DNA of 64,000 nt from Octopus sinensis (GCF_006345805.1 NC_043005.1:8060001-8124000); one strand, 5' to 3'; positions 12,267 to 25,846 are shown, counted from the stretch's first letter. Notes: a model not told the origin generated them from the sequence alone. Numbers and translations: made by a program.

Positions 12267-13096
12267 GGTGGGTAAGGAAAAGAATGCATTGTTAATTTCA
12301 TAGGGATGTTGAAGATAAGACAGTCACAGAAAAAAGATGGCTGTGGATGACTAAAAGTGATTTAAAACTGGAAACGGAGGCTCTAATCTGTGCTGCTCAA
12401 GAGCAAGCACTAAGGACAAACTACATAAAATACAGAATAGACAACATAGCAGAAAGTGATAAGTGTAGAATCTGTGGACAAAACGGTGAGACCATATGGT
12501 ATATTACCAGCCAATGTACGCCACTAGCCAAGTAGGAGTATAAGAGACGCCACGACAATATAGCCAGGCTTGTCCATTGGACACTTTGCAACGAGTATGG
12601 ACTTGAGATTGCAAAAAATTGGTACGACTGGATACCTGAAGACATCGTCAAAAATGGAAATGCAAAGACCCTATGGGATTTATTATTCAGTGCGACCATG
12701 AGATAGGGAACAGGAAGCCGGACATAGTCTTAATTGAGAAAGAAAACAAACTATGCTGGATCATAGATATAGCATGTCCATCTGAAAACAAGGTATGCGA
12801 TAAGGAAGAAAGAAAGTTGAGAGATATGACAAGTTAGCTTGGGAAATTAAGCAGTTGTGGTCGATGAAAAAGGTAGCAGTAGTACCAATAAGTGTCGGAG
12901 GCCTAGGGACAGTGAGCAAAAATCTCGAAGAGTACGTGAAACAAATATGGGTTTCAATAAGGGTGGCGAACTTGAAGAGAACAGCACTACTTGGAACCGA
13001 TCGAATACTCGAAAAATAAGAGGTGTTACTTTAATTCACAGGTAGTGAACAGCTGGCACTGTAGTACATCTCCAGCGTTAGACTGTGTGCAAAGGC
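12267..13096 (+). mobile_element. R4/Dong-clade non-LTR 3' fragment (CCHC finger plus RLE endonuclease)
   Basis: LICAAQEQALRTNYIK..DKCRICGQNGETIW.ITSQC..EYKRRHD; RKPDIVLIEKENKLCWIIDIACP; VVPISVGGLG. Flanked by (AAT)n on both sides. Confidence 0.9.
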
Positions 13097-13127
13097 AATA
13101 ATAATGATAATGATGATAATAATAATA

Positions 13128-13166
<39 letters not shown>

Positions 13167-13168
<2 letters not shown>

Positions 13169-13691
13169 TGTAACGATTCTGTGGGACTTTCCAGTACATA
13201 CAGACCAAACCATCAAGGCCAATAAACCAGATATTGTTGTGAAAGACCAAAACAATCAAGTTTGCTTATTGATCGACATGAGCATCCCCTGTGATCACAA
13301 TATCTCAGCGAAAGAGTTTGACAAGCTCAGAAAATATAAAGACCTACACATTGAAATTGAGAAAATGTGGCATCTCAAGGCGGTTACAATACCAGTGATC
13401 GTAGGAGCACTAGGAATGATCAAGAAGGGAACCGAATGATCTCTGGCTTACCATCCCTGCAAGAAATGCAAAAGATTGTCTTAATTGGTACATCACACGT
13501 ATTGAGAAGAGCATTGTCGATGTGAGAACTGTTGCTGCTCATGTATTTTAATTAAACTTTAAAAAAAAAAAATGAACGAACTATTGAGTTTGGTTTAATG
13601 GCCTACCAATGTATACTATGAGTTTCTTTGCCCTAGGAGTCGGGAAGACACTCGGCAAGAAATGGAAGCAAATTTGAAAGAAGAAAAAAAG
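13167..13691 (+). mobile_element. R4/Dong-clade 3' fragment (RLE domain plus 3' UTR)
   Basis: NVTILWDFPVHTDQTIKANKPDIVVKDQNNQVCLLIDMSIPCDHNISAKEFDKLRKYKDL...IPVIVGALG...QKIVLIGTSHVLRRAL*. (AAT)n on both sides. Confidence 0.92.
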
Positions 13692-13711
13692 TAATAATAA
13701 TAATAATAATA

Positions 13712-14008
13712 ATACCAGTATTTGGAGGAGAACTCGGAGCACTAACAACCAGGTTCGAGAAATATTCCAAACAAATTGGAATTAACATGACGGCGGAGCA
13801 GACTCAAAAATATTACTCTGTTGCGAACACCTAGGATTTTGAGATTGGTGCTTGGGTGCTGAGTATCTTCCACAGTAAGTTAACATTCAGCTACTTAAGC
13901 TTGTAATTTGCGGAATGAGACACTGTGAGACCTCTGATAACATGTCGATGTCCGGTCTCGCATAATAAACCAGAGCAAGTAAGACCTAGAGATCTGTGAA
14001 GTAAAATA
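13712..14008 (+). mobile_element. R4/Dong-clade short 3' fragment
   Basis: IPVFGGELGALTTRFEKYSKQIGI...QK(I)TLLRTPRILRLVLGC* followed by a 3' UTR and (AGT/AAT)n. Confidence 0.75.
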
Positions 14009-14079
14009 TTAGTAGTAGTTGTTGCAGCAGAAACTGTAGTGGTAGTAGTAGTAGTAATATTGATAATGATAATAATAAT

Positions 14080-14288
14080 GACTCAATCTAAAAAAAAAAC
14101 ATCTGAAGACTTTAAAAATACCCTACAATCTAAGTGTATTGCAAAAGTCGGTATTACTTGGAACTGCACGCATATTGCATAAATTACTGTCTGTCTGAGA
14201 TCCTTGTTGTGACTTGGCAATCAGTACAAACCCCGATAGATACCATATCTTCAATCAATCTCACGATATTGTATATTGTGTGACGTCT
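14080..14288 (+). mobile_element. R4/Dong-clade very short 3' fragment
   Basis: LKIPYNLSVLQKSVLLGTAHILHKLLSV* (stop at 14196-14198), then a UTR and (AAT)n. Confidence 0.8.
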
Positions 14289-14311
14289 ATAATAATAGTA
14301 ATAATAATAAT

Positions 14312-16031
14312 GGTCGGGACGTCGATGACTAAGCCGGCAGCCCCGCAGAGCTTGCTCTGTGAGGAGGGTACAGGATTCTTGCTATTTTGACACCCTACAG
14401 AATTAAAAACAAGACCTGTATAAAGGCTAATGAACTCTAACGAGGCAACGGCCGCGAAAATAGCATATACCTAAGAGGCGGAAGTAAACGATTGAATGAT
14501 TCTTATATCTTAGGGTGGTGATCCTGTCAGTGATGGTGTCACGGGGAGAAAAAAAGAGAAAAAGATACTGGTGTTTGTCCAACCTAAAACTCACTAACCC
14601 TCATCATGAGTGCTGACATGTCAAATAAAAATAGAAATGAGAACGGCGTGAATGAGGCTGGAATAACTTGTGACGGTCTCCCGCCCGGCGGGTGCCCCAC
14701 GGGTGAGCAGCGTGGGCCCAATCGTCATCAAGTAACTGCTAAATGAAGGTGAACGAATGAAATGAATGTGTCTGTAATGGAGTGCTACTTTCTGGGTAAT
14801 CTGAGAAATAATAATGAAATACCCTCTAGGAGATATAGAAAAAGAATGCACAGGGCATGGAGCGATAGAGACCTATTTGAATTAAGTGAAGAAAATTTGT
14901 GTGACCAAGGTAGAGCCATCAGAAAAAATGAATGGTTATCTCCAGTTAAACTAGAAAATATTTAGAGACGGGTGCTTAGGGATAGTAAGGCCAGCGCTGA
15001 ACGGAAGGATATGAAAGATACTGCAGATGGTGAAACTATGGCAATAGAGTTGAAGTAAGAAAACGAGCATGAGGCTGAGATTATTTATCAGGAAAGCGAT
15101 GAGAGAACCGAGGAAGAGATATCCCTTTTAAATGAAATCATTGATATTTGGACCGCTGGTGAACAGAGCTTTTATACGGGGTTTAAAAAAGTAGACAGAA
15201 AGAAACTCAATAAATGGGTCAGGAAGATAAATGATATCACTGGTGATATCAGGACTGACAACATCTCAGACACCAACAATCTGATAAATGCAATCTCGAT
15301 CTTTATAACTCGGATGTTAGGTCTGAAGGCCAAGGATAAAGGAGAATAACGCAGTCTATTAACGAGACCAGAAAACATTAATATTCTGGAACAGAAAAAA
15401 AGAAATGAAGCTCAGAGAACTATGCTGAGCTAGAGAGGAAGTATAGGGTAAAGAGAAAAGGAATCAACGTTGTGATTGAGGAACTAAAACAGAGTTTGAA
15501 AGCTAAAGCACATAAACTAAAGAGATATGAGTAGAGAATTGAGCATTACATATTAAATAGACATTTCGAACAAAATCAGAAACAAGTTTGTCAGAAACTG
15601 GATGGGAAAGAAAAAGGAGAAAAGGCCGTGCCGGACGCTGAAGAAAGCAAAAGATTTTGGGCAAACATATGGTCTCAGAGACAACACGAAACTGAAGAGG
15701 AGTGGCAAAAGACATTCAAAGAGGAAAGTGGAGAGTATCAGCAGGAGGATTTGGGAATTACCGAGGAGATGATTAGAGAACAGTGCAGGAGAATTCCTAA
15801 CTGGAAAGCACCTGGCCCAGTTGGTGTTCAGGGCTTTTGGTTTAAAAACTTGATAGTTCTGCACAGGAGAATTAAGAGACAGCTGGACGAAATACTGAGT
15901 AGTGATATCCAAGTACCGGCCTGGATGACAAAAGGAAGAACGGTGTTATGCCAGAAGTACCCAAGTAAAGGAAATGTGGTTGGAAATTTCCGACCAATAT
16001 CTTATTTGTCACTGATGTGGAAACTGATAAC
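14312..16031 (+). mobile_element. R4/Dong-clade 5' portion (5' UTR, N-terminus, start of RT), 3'-truncated
   Basis: VMECYF..YRKRMHRAW..LCDQGRAIRKNEWLS; EELKQ..AKAHKLKRYE; PDAEESKRFWANIW; IPNWKAPGP.GVQGFWFK; WMTKGRTVLCQK; NFRPISYLSLMWKLIT. Starts directly after (AAT)n and ends at a family B SINE fragment (~16031-16079). Confidence 0.9.
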
Positions 16032-16593
16032 GACCCCGTAAGGATGAAAGGCAAATCTGACCTGGTCATGATTTGAGCTCCATAGAAACAGACAACTAAA
16101 CCACAGTTACAAAAAAATAGGGTACCCTCCATCCTATATCTCATAACAAACAGAATAACACACGTCAAAACAAACCAAACCGGCATTTCATTGAGGGAAA
16201 TTTCACTAAATCAATAGATACAATAAGTATACTTCATTGAATAAACAAACGAAGAAGAATCAGCGCAAACACTTTCCCAAGCGACAAGCGAATAAATAGC
16301 TATATTAAAGGATAAACATATTTTCTCCTATTAATTGTTCATTAAAATGTTCATTGTTCTCTTTTCTTGTATATCTTTTGTGATACAGTTTGTTTTTGTG
16401 CTGACATTTTCGTCATATGTGTCCTTTTACTTGTTCCAATATTTGTAGTGTATCCATCTAGGGGCACTACCTTAAGTAATTTCAAACGGTCATATCGACT
16501 TCCATTTTTATTTAAAGTGTGCTGCCTGATCAGACATCGGATTATCATGCTGAACCGCTGGCTTAAAGAGGGAGGCATAAACAAACTAAAATC

Positions 16594-16861
16594 TACATTA
16601 TTTACATTCGACGGGTATTTGTACTCATCTTGTCTGTTGTTAACACAGTGTTTCGGCTGATATACCCTGCAGCCTTCATCGGGTGTCTTGAGGGAAATTT
16701 CGAACCTGGGTTCTCATTCCTAAGTCATACTTTAGGAATGAGAACGCAGGTTCGAAATTGTCCCCAAGATACCTGAAGAAGGGTGGATGGTATATCAGCT
16801 GAAGCATTGTGTTAACAACGAACAAAATGGGGACAAATATCCGTCGAATGTAAATAATGTA
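16594..16861. repeat. ~270-bp palindrome with a hammerhead-like core in each arm (Penelope terminal-repeat-like)
   Basis: Arms are reverse complements around a ~8-nt centre near 16724-16731. Minus strand at 16650-16683 reads CCGATGA-A-GGCTG-loop-CAGCC-GAAAC. A partial copy lies at 30051-30130. Confidence 0.8.
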
Positions 16862-16889
16862 CATAATTCCTCACCTCTTAAATATAGAA

Positions 16890-17172
16890 CTGTAAACCAA
16901 AATATTTTCCCGAGCGGTGAGAGATAAAGACCAGCGCGCGTTTACGGGTATATACACATGCATAGATACACACACACAACAAGCTTCCGTACAACTTCGG
17001 ATAACCAAATTCCATAGAATTTATGATAACCAATTTCCGTACAATTTCTGATAACCAAATTTGTGCACAAGGCAGTGGTCTGCCCTGGGCTATCGTCGAA
17101 AACATTGTCACAGATTGTCGCATAGATCAACTGAGTCTGAAACCACGCAGCGAAATTCTTAACCACAGTCCA
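16890..17172 (-). mobile_element. Old SINE family A-like copy with an internal ~24-bp minisatellite
   Basis: GGGCTATCGTCGAAAACA..CTGAGTCTGAAACCACG..TTCTTAACCACAG resembles the family A head on the minus strand. TTCC(G/A)TA(C/G)AA(C/T)TT(C/A)(G/T)GATAACCAAA x3 at ~16985-17061. Confidence 0.6.
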
Positions 17173-17343
17173 AAATGAATAAAATTCCCAAAATTCTGAA
17201 GTAGAATGCTTGAACAATAGTGATTTTCTTTGTTATATATGAAACCATTGGTAACACTAGCAATCCACAAATACAAAATATTTATCCACTAAATCACTAA
17301 GTGCGGTGTTGTGTAGGCAATGTAACCCTTTCCATGCTGTGGT

Positions 17344-17400
17344 ATATATATATATAATATATATGTATATATATATAATATGTATATATATATATATATG

Positions 17401-17491
<91 letters not shown>

Positions 17492-17506
17492 GTATATATA
17501 TATATA

Positions 17507-17557
<51 letters not shown>

Positions 17558-17608
17558 TATATATCTATATATATATATATATTATATTATATATATATAT
17601 ATAGATAT

Positions 17609-17643
<35 letters not shown>

Positions 17644-17692
17644 CTATATATATATATATATATCATATATATATATATATATATAATCATAT
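17344..17692. repeat. Long imperfect (TA)n array
   Basis: Read directly. Confidence 0.95.
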
Positions 17693-18027
17693 ATGGATAC
17701 AAGACGTCACCAAAGATGCAAATAACATGAAATACGTAAACCAGCAGAAAAAATTGAAAGGAGGACAAGAAAACACAGAGAAAAGACCTTTCATTAGTTG
17801 TCGACTGTCTATCTACTCCTCATTCGAGCATTCAACGACGAAATGAGTTTTCAAAGACAGTTGCTCTCATCAATTCTAAAATAAAATTTTGGATTTATGG
17901 AGGGTGAAAGTTGGGAACAAAAATATGACAGGAAATCGAACGAAAAGAAACATGGAAGGTCGTTAGACCAGAACGATTGGAAAATAGTGAACGCTGGGAG
18001 AAATATTTTCTTGAAAAGAGAACAGAT

Positions 18028-18067
<40 letters not shown>

Positions 18068-20807
18068 CGTCCGTTCTTTTTAACGTCCGTGCAGGTAAAG
18101 AAAGATGGCCACATGAGGAAAAGAAACATGGACGATGGTCACGTGTGAATAACGAGAGAGAGGGAGAGAGAGAGAGAAAGAGGGGAAGAGAGAGAAAGAG
18201 GGAAAGAGAGAGAGAGAGAAACAGATAGAAAATGGTGAAGGAGGGAGGGGAGATAAAGGGAATAAGAGAAGGATGGAGGAAGAAAACAGCATTGAGTTTT
18301 CGTTCGGTTTCCTTGTATGTCTCCACTGTCATTCTTTTTGTTCCCTCTTTCCTAGTATTCCTGGTAGGGCCACCTCTGTTGGAATGGTAGGAGTAGAAGG
18401 CCTTGATTGAAAATGTAAAGCCTAGCTCCAAGATCCCAACGGCAGAAGAACTGTTGTAGGCAAGACCAACCTTTGATGTTAATAACGTTTGAAGTGGTAG
18501 AGGAGGTAAACGATGGACTGGCTACGGAGGCTCCAATTAAAACTAAGCCAAGCCAGCGGCAGTACGTTGCAATTTCATCACCTGATATTGTTTGTCTCAT
18601 TCCGCATTTGCTACAAAAATGGTCCTGAAACCACAGAGAGCATGGGTTACTCTATAAGCCGGGATTTACTGTATATACTTCCACACTTTAGGATTTTTTC
18701 CTGCTAAAGTTTTCTTCAGCATATGCAAACTTACATACATACATACCTACACGTAGCTTTTACTTTAGGTACAACGTTTAAACAATTACATTATGATTTT
18801 CCTTTCTTTTTTGTTGCATTTTAATAATCTGTCTTTAGGTAAAGAGTTAATGAAATTAGTAAATCTTTTCATAACAAGAGCATCAATAACGTATTTCAAC
18901 ATGAAATTGTATAGTATTTAACAATGCAATTATTTTGGAGTTCAAAAGTAATTGTGTTTGTAGAATTTCCTTTGGAAAATCGGTTGGGAAAATTGTTTGT
19001 GGAGCGAAGTATTTTATTGTGGCATTTTTAGTTAATTACTTTTATACGTGATTATATATTTAAATTACCGAAGTTCTACTTTAGAGTAAAACCATTGAGT
19101 ACTGATATCAGTGGAGATAATCTGCAAATGTGGAGAAAATATTTATATCTGAGCAGAGATATTTGTGATAGTATTAAAAATATTGCTATCAATGAGACTG
19201 ACAGTCCCCTTGAGTAAAGTTGAAAGGAAAGTATCAGTATGGTGTCGGTGTTATTTTCACTGATAATATTGGAAATATTTATATCAAAGCGAATTTATCA
19301 ATAGAAATATCGATATAAATAAACAAAAATAAAGCGATACGTTTTTAAATATTGTTGATATCAACCTTGTGGTGATTTTTACTTTCAATAGAAATACTTA
19401 TCATAGTAAAGCTATAAACAGTGAAATTGTCAACGGTAAAGTGTAAGAATATTAGCGTTCCTACCCTTCAAAATGACATTAGTGTCATAATTGAAGTGGT
19501 GTGTCTCCAACCAGAAGTCGAAACAATATCACTGAGTCGTTGCATCTGAAGATTAAATTGTTTCAATGGTAATGACATACTGACTGAAAGATATGCAATC
19601 AGATGATAATATTTCGAAGATTATAGATGCTTAATTGGTGTGTGCTTGGCTGAGATGCCATCTAACGATTGTCTAAATAGAATTACTTATTGGCGACGAG
19701 ACGTACTGGCTGCGATAAATTGCAAATCAAAAGCTAAGTTAGCGAAATACAATAAGAAATGACAGCGGGGACGCTATTCTAAAAATGTCGGTTGGGAAAT
19801 TAAAGCAATTTATTTTTGAAGACAGCGTAAACGGTATGTTCATTATCGTTTCTGGTGTTTGGATATAGAATAAGTAAAGGGATATACACTGACTTAAACT
19901 TTCGACGATTTTTAACTATTATCTTCTGAATAAGCTAAATTACAGTTTAAATATAAAGTAGAGTAGTAACATATAGCAATTTTTCAAACGTATAGGTAAG
20001 TCTTATAACATCCTGCAATTCAGAAGTTCTGCTATTGTATTTTGTGGAAGGTAAATACTGTCAGCTCATAAATAATTGACTAGGAACTAGCAGAGAAAAA
20101 TTGTCGTTGTATAGATCTAATATTTTAGTTTGTAACTTTATCATAATTAGCTGTCTATTAAGCTACGTAGACTACACAGTCTCTTAATAATGTAATACAT
20201 CTCACGTTCAATGAATAATATAGTACACAGCATTGAATAGCTGCCTCTAGCAAATGTAAAAAAGCAAAACGCAGGAACAATCTGCAGTCTTCAGTAGAAT
20301 GTGATTGAATCGTATTCAACAATTTGAAGCAATTTGTCAATCGGTTTTTAGCCATAAAACCTTTTGAAAGTAGTTTAGTTTTCTGATGTGTCAAGCATAC
20401 ATATATGCATTACATTTTAAAATAGCTTCCCCTGTTTTGTGAGAATGTCTCTTATTTCACTATAGCTATTTGCCAAATACACGTCCATAACAATATATTG
20501 AGTTTAAGTTTCACAATTTCGAATGTATATTGTTCACTTTATAACCTACAACCTGTCGACGGGGTTTGTTATAGGTATACATTCAGAAATTCAGTCAAGT
20601 GGTGTTTTACTTATCAGGTGAAACTTTCGCATTCAATAACCATTTCTCTTCATTCAAAAGACGAAATAAATTTATATTAAATATTTCATTGCAACAAATA
20701 TAAATTGATTTCAGTTGAACAAATCTGAGCATAAAAGTTGAACGTTTCACCTTTAGTCAGATTCCATAAAGAATGGCTTTATTATTTTTATCTTTCATTT
20801 ATTCTTG

Positions 20808-21257
20808 TCATCAGACTGCGGCTATGCTGGGGCACCGCCTTGAAAAATTATAGTCGGACGAATCGACCCCAGTACTTACTCTTTTATGCCAGGGACTTAT
20901 TCTATCGTGCTTTTTGCCGAACCGCTAGGTTATGCGGATGTAAACATCAAAACCAGGTCGTCAAGCTGTGGTCACACACACACACACCAAACACACAAAC
21001 ACACGCACGCATGCACACAAACACACACACACACACGCACACACACGCACACACACGCACGCACACACACGCACACACACACACACACATACACACACAC
21101 GACGGTTTTATTTCAGTGTCCCTTTACCAAATCTACTCACAAAGCTTTCGATGGCTCGAGGCTACAGTAGAAGACACTTGTTCAAGGTGCCACGCAGTGA
21201 AACTAAACCCGAAATCATGCGGTTGAGAAGCAAATTTCATACCACACAGCCACACCT
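20808..21257 (-). mobile_element. SINE family A, diverged copy with internal (CA)n
   Basis: Reverse complement of the family A head (..ACCACACAGCCACACC) and tail (CTGCGGCTATGCTGGGGCACCGCC); internal CA/CG repeat. Confidence 0.8.
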
Positions 21258-21357
21258 GCTATCAGGGAGCATATTTCTTTAATATAAGATCATTGATAGA
21301 TTGTCAGTATACTGTTGATATTCGTTTTATTGAATGTTAAATTAAAGAAGAGAAAGT

Positions 21358-21358
21358 C

Positions 21359-21406
<48 letters not shown>

Positions 21407-21423
21407 CTATCTATCTATCATCT

Positions 21424-21456
<33 letters not shown>

Positions 21457-21471
21457 ACTATCTATCTATCT
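21358..21471. repeat. (TATC)n left flank of the Tx1-type LINE
   Basis: Read directly. Confidence 0.95.
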
Positions 21472-24250
21472 GTCAGAGCTAGGATGCGTGCTCTAAGAAC
21501 AGAAGGTGTTGGAGCCGCGAGAGAGGCCCGGGTGGCAGAGGCGCAACAGGGCAACAAAGCCACCATTCGGTCACTGGTAGATGAACAGGGGCGCGAATTG
21601 CTCGAGCCAAGTAAAATGTGTGAGGCCTTTCAGCAGCATTTTGCCCGACTGTTCGGAACGATGGAGGGCAAGCACGTAGGGTGGACTTCAGTGCCTACCT
21701 ACATAGCCTACCACGACTCTCGACAAGAAGGCAGGGTGCTGCGAAGTGCCATCACGGCGGCGGAAGTGCGGGAAGCGATGGAGAATGCTCGAGGGACAAA
21801 TCACCGGGTTTGGATGGTCTACCCTACGAGCTTTACAATTGTATGCCAGACTTGTTTGGAGATCTCTTGGCGGCGGTGTACTGCAACTGGCAGCAAAACG
21901 GGAGCATTCCTGGTTTTGTGATCCGAGGAGCTGTAACACTGCTGAAGAAAGATCTAAACAAGGGAAATGTAATAGATAACTTTAGGCCCATCACTCTGCT
22001 TAATGCAGACTTGAAAATTTTGGCCAAGGTGCTAGCCAAGAGGTTGGCGCTTGTCATCGAGAAACTGGTCGACAAGGCGCAAACATGCGCCGTGCCAGGC
22101 CGGACCATCCATGACAACCTCCATCTGATGCGCTACATCATAGACAGGGTAGTTAACGAACCTGGCATGGGTGGGGCCCTGATCACTTGGATCAATCAAA
22201 AGCTTTGATAGGGTAGACCATCGATACTTGGAAGGCAGTCCTGAGAGCGGCTGGTTTCGGTCCCGTCTTCCGCGGCTGGATAGCTGCCTTGTACAGAGGC
22301 ATCCGTTCGGTAATTCGCGTAAATGGACATCTATCGAGACCTTCGACATTGCACGTTCGGTCCGTCAGGGATGCCCCCTCTCGCGCTTCTATACGTATTG
22401 ACTCTTGAGCCACTACTGCGGAAGCTGGCGACTCTAAGGGGCATCCCGCGAGAATTGGGATGCGGGACGAGCGTGTCTGCATACGCGGACGACGTCACCG
22501 TCATAGTGTCTAGCCACGAGCACATCGAGCTGGTCGGCGAGACACTGAAAAACTACGAAGCGGTGACAGGAGCGAAAATCAACCGGGAAAAGTCAGTGGG
22601 CTTGCGACTAGGCACCTGGAGAAGCAAGCCCATGCCGTCCACCAGCGCCTCCGTCGTGGGACGCTGGACCGACGGCCCGGTTGAGTTGCTCGGGGTCTGG
22701 TTTGGTCCGGACCTCCAAGTGGAGAAGAACTGGAACGAGATAACGAGTAGGGTGGTCACTCTCGCCCGGCAATGGGCCGAGAGGAAACTGTCCCTAAAAG
22801 GTCGAGCGGAGGTGGCGAACACGTACATCGCACCGTCATCTACTACCGCCTGACCGTCGTACCTTGTCCCGACCCTACCATCACCAAACTACAACGCATC
22901 CTCTTTCGCTTCTTGTGGAAAGGATGCGTCCCGATGGTCAGGCGATCCATTTGCTGTCAACACCCGTTAAAAGGAGGGCTGGGCATGCCGTGGTTGATGA
23001 TGCGCAGACACGCGCTGAGACTGCGACATCTCTGGCTCTATGTAGACGACGGTGAACAGGTGTGGTCGCCGTTTGTGAGGCACGCTTTCCCGCAGCTCGT
23101 CTCCATGACCGAACTGCAGTCGTGGATCAAAAAGAGGCCGAGGAAGGGCGAATGGCACCGCGAGTGTCGTTGCTCTCAAGCAACTCTGCCGTCCTGGGTC
23201 GACCTTAAGTGACTTCAACACAACCAAAGCATTCTATAGGGGTTTAGTGGAGGGGAGGTACGACGACGAGCTCGGGGCGAACCTGGACGTCGACGAGGAG
23301 TACCTGACCCGCCTGTTCGGGACGACTTTCGGGCCAGGGCCCATGGACAACTTCCAGAGATCCCTGGCCTGGCAGTGCTACCGAGAAGCGCTACCCGTTC
23401 GGGATAAGCTCTACAGACACGGCTCGAGAAACACGGGGCCGACCTGCCCGAGATGCGGTCAGAGCGACGAAACCGTTCTGCACGCACTCGTTCAGTGTCC
23501 AACAATTTCCGACCTGTGGGCTTATGTCGAACAACTGCTGTCACGTGTGGGACGAGTCGGTTTATCAGCTGAGTCTATCGTCAATATTGTCACGCCTCCT
23601 TCCTTCAAACGGGAAGGAAGAGCTATTTTCATCATCCTTGTGGCTATGGCGAAAGAATGTATCTGGTGGACGCGTCTGAAAGGATTGGAGACAAACACTT
23701 TCCTCTCTGGTCAATCTCTCATCAACTTCTTCAAGTACCACTTGAAAAGGAAAGTGAGAGTAGAGAGGCAAGTTTTGTCTAGCGAATGTTTTAAAAAAAG
23801 ATGGGTGAATGTAGCAAGAATGGCACGTATGAATGACGAAGCCACCTTGAGCATAGTCCTATGAACCCAGAAATCGAAAACAGAGAGTTGCTTATTTGCA
23901 GAAAAAAAAAAAAAAAAAAAAAAAGAAATATAAAATGTGACTTCATTGACCGAGGTTACCGTGGTCTTTTCCGTAGGCTTTTCTTTCCACGGGTAAACCT
24001 CACCTGTCCTCCCCTTTACACTTCATATTGACATTTCTGTGATAACGATCCCTATTGATCAATTTTTTTCCTCTCCCCTTTTTTTTTTTTTTTTTAACCC
24101 CCCCTTTTTTTTTCCTCTTTCTCTCCTTTTACGATCCCTTTTGATCGAAACTCCCCCTTCCTTTTTTTTTTTTTTAAACCTTCAAAAGAAAAGCTCTACC
24201 TTGTAATTTGTTCTATCTGTGTGCAGCCCTGTGTGGCTAATAAAGAAACA
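21472..24250 (+). mobile_element. Tx1/L1-clade LINE, 5'-truncated ORF2 (RT plus CCHC finger) with 3' UTR; several frameshifts
   Basis: KSPGLDGLPYE; NFRPITLLNADLKILAKVLAKRL; SVRQGCPLS; SAYADDVT (YADD at 22482-22493); CPRCGQSDETVLHALVQC; stop at 23864. The UTR ends GTGGCTAATAAAGAAAC, then (TATC)n. GC- and CpG-rich relative to the flanks. Confidence 0.93.
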
Positions 24251-25152
<902 letters not shown>

Positions 25153-25453
25153 TGAGTGAGCGTGTGTGTGTGTATGTGTGTGTGTGTGTAAGCATAAAAA
25201 AATTTCTGTAACCGTTGGTCAGAGTTTCACGTAACCGTTCGTCAGTCAGCAGTTGTCAGTTCCGATAATACAGACTAATAAAGAAATTTTAAAAGCGTTT
25301 ATGGCTATCAATTCAACGATGAAGCGTTTTAAGCTGTTTGGTCAACTACATTTTAAATTGCGATGTTGAGTGGGATGAAAGATAAGATTGACCGCAACGG
25401 AAAAAAATATAAGCAATATACGCAAAATCTTTCAAGGGTCTAGAGAAATGGAT

Positions 25454-25846
25454 GGATGGATGGAAGCACTCCGTCGGTTACGACGATGAGGGTTCCGGTT
25501 GATCTGAATCAACGGAACGGCCTGCTCGTGAAATTAACGTGTAAGTGGCTGAGCACTCCACAGACATATGTACCCTTAACGTAGTTCTCGGGGATATTCA
25601 GCATGACACAGAGAGTGACAAGGCCGGCCCTTTGAAATACAGGTACAACAGAAACAGGAAGTAAGAGTGAGAGAAAGTTGTGGTGAAAGAGTACAGCAGG
25701 GATCACCACCATCCCCTGCCGGAGCCTCGTGGAGCTTTTAGGTATTTTCGCTCAATAAACACTCACAACGCCCGGTCTGGGAATCGAAACCGCGATCCTA
25801 TGACCGCGAGTCCGCTGCCCTAACCTCTGGGCCATTGCGCCTCCAC
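25454..25846 (-). mobile_element. tRNA-derived SINE family C (tail type iii), full length, (CCAT)n tail
   Basis: TSD AGAGAAATGGAT at 25442-25453 and 25847-25858; A/B boxes on the minus strand. Confidence 0.92.

Noticed and set aside
17289-17846. YI/IY, VC/CV, THTH and YLSI ORFs here and throughout the window
   Set aside because: They are translations of (TA)n, (TG)n, (CA)n and (TATC)n microsatellites.
18330-20700. Repeat-poor segment as a host exon or regulatory region
   Set aside because: No ORF with a recognisable product and no motif evidence; needs conservation or expression data.
21484-23864. Cluster of 145-205-aa ORFs as a host gene
   Set aside because: They are consecutive frameshifted pieces of one LINE ORF2.
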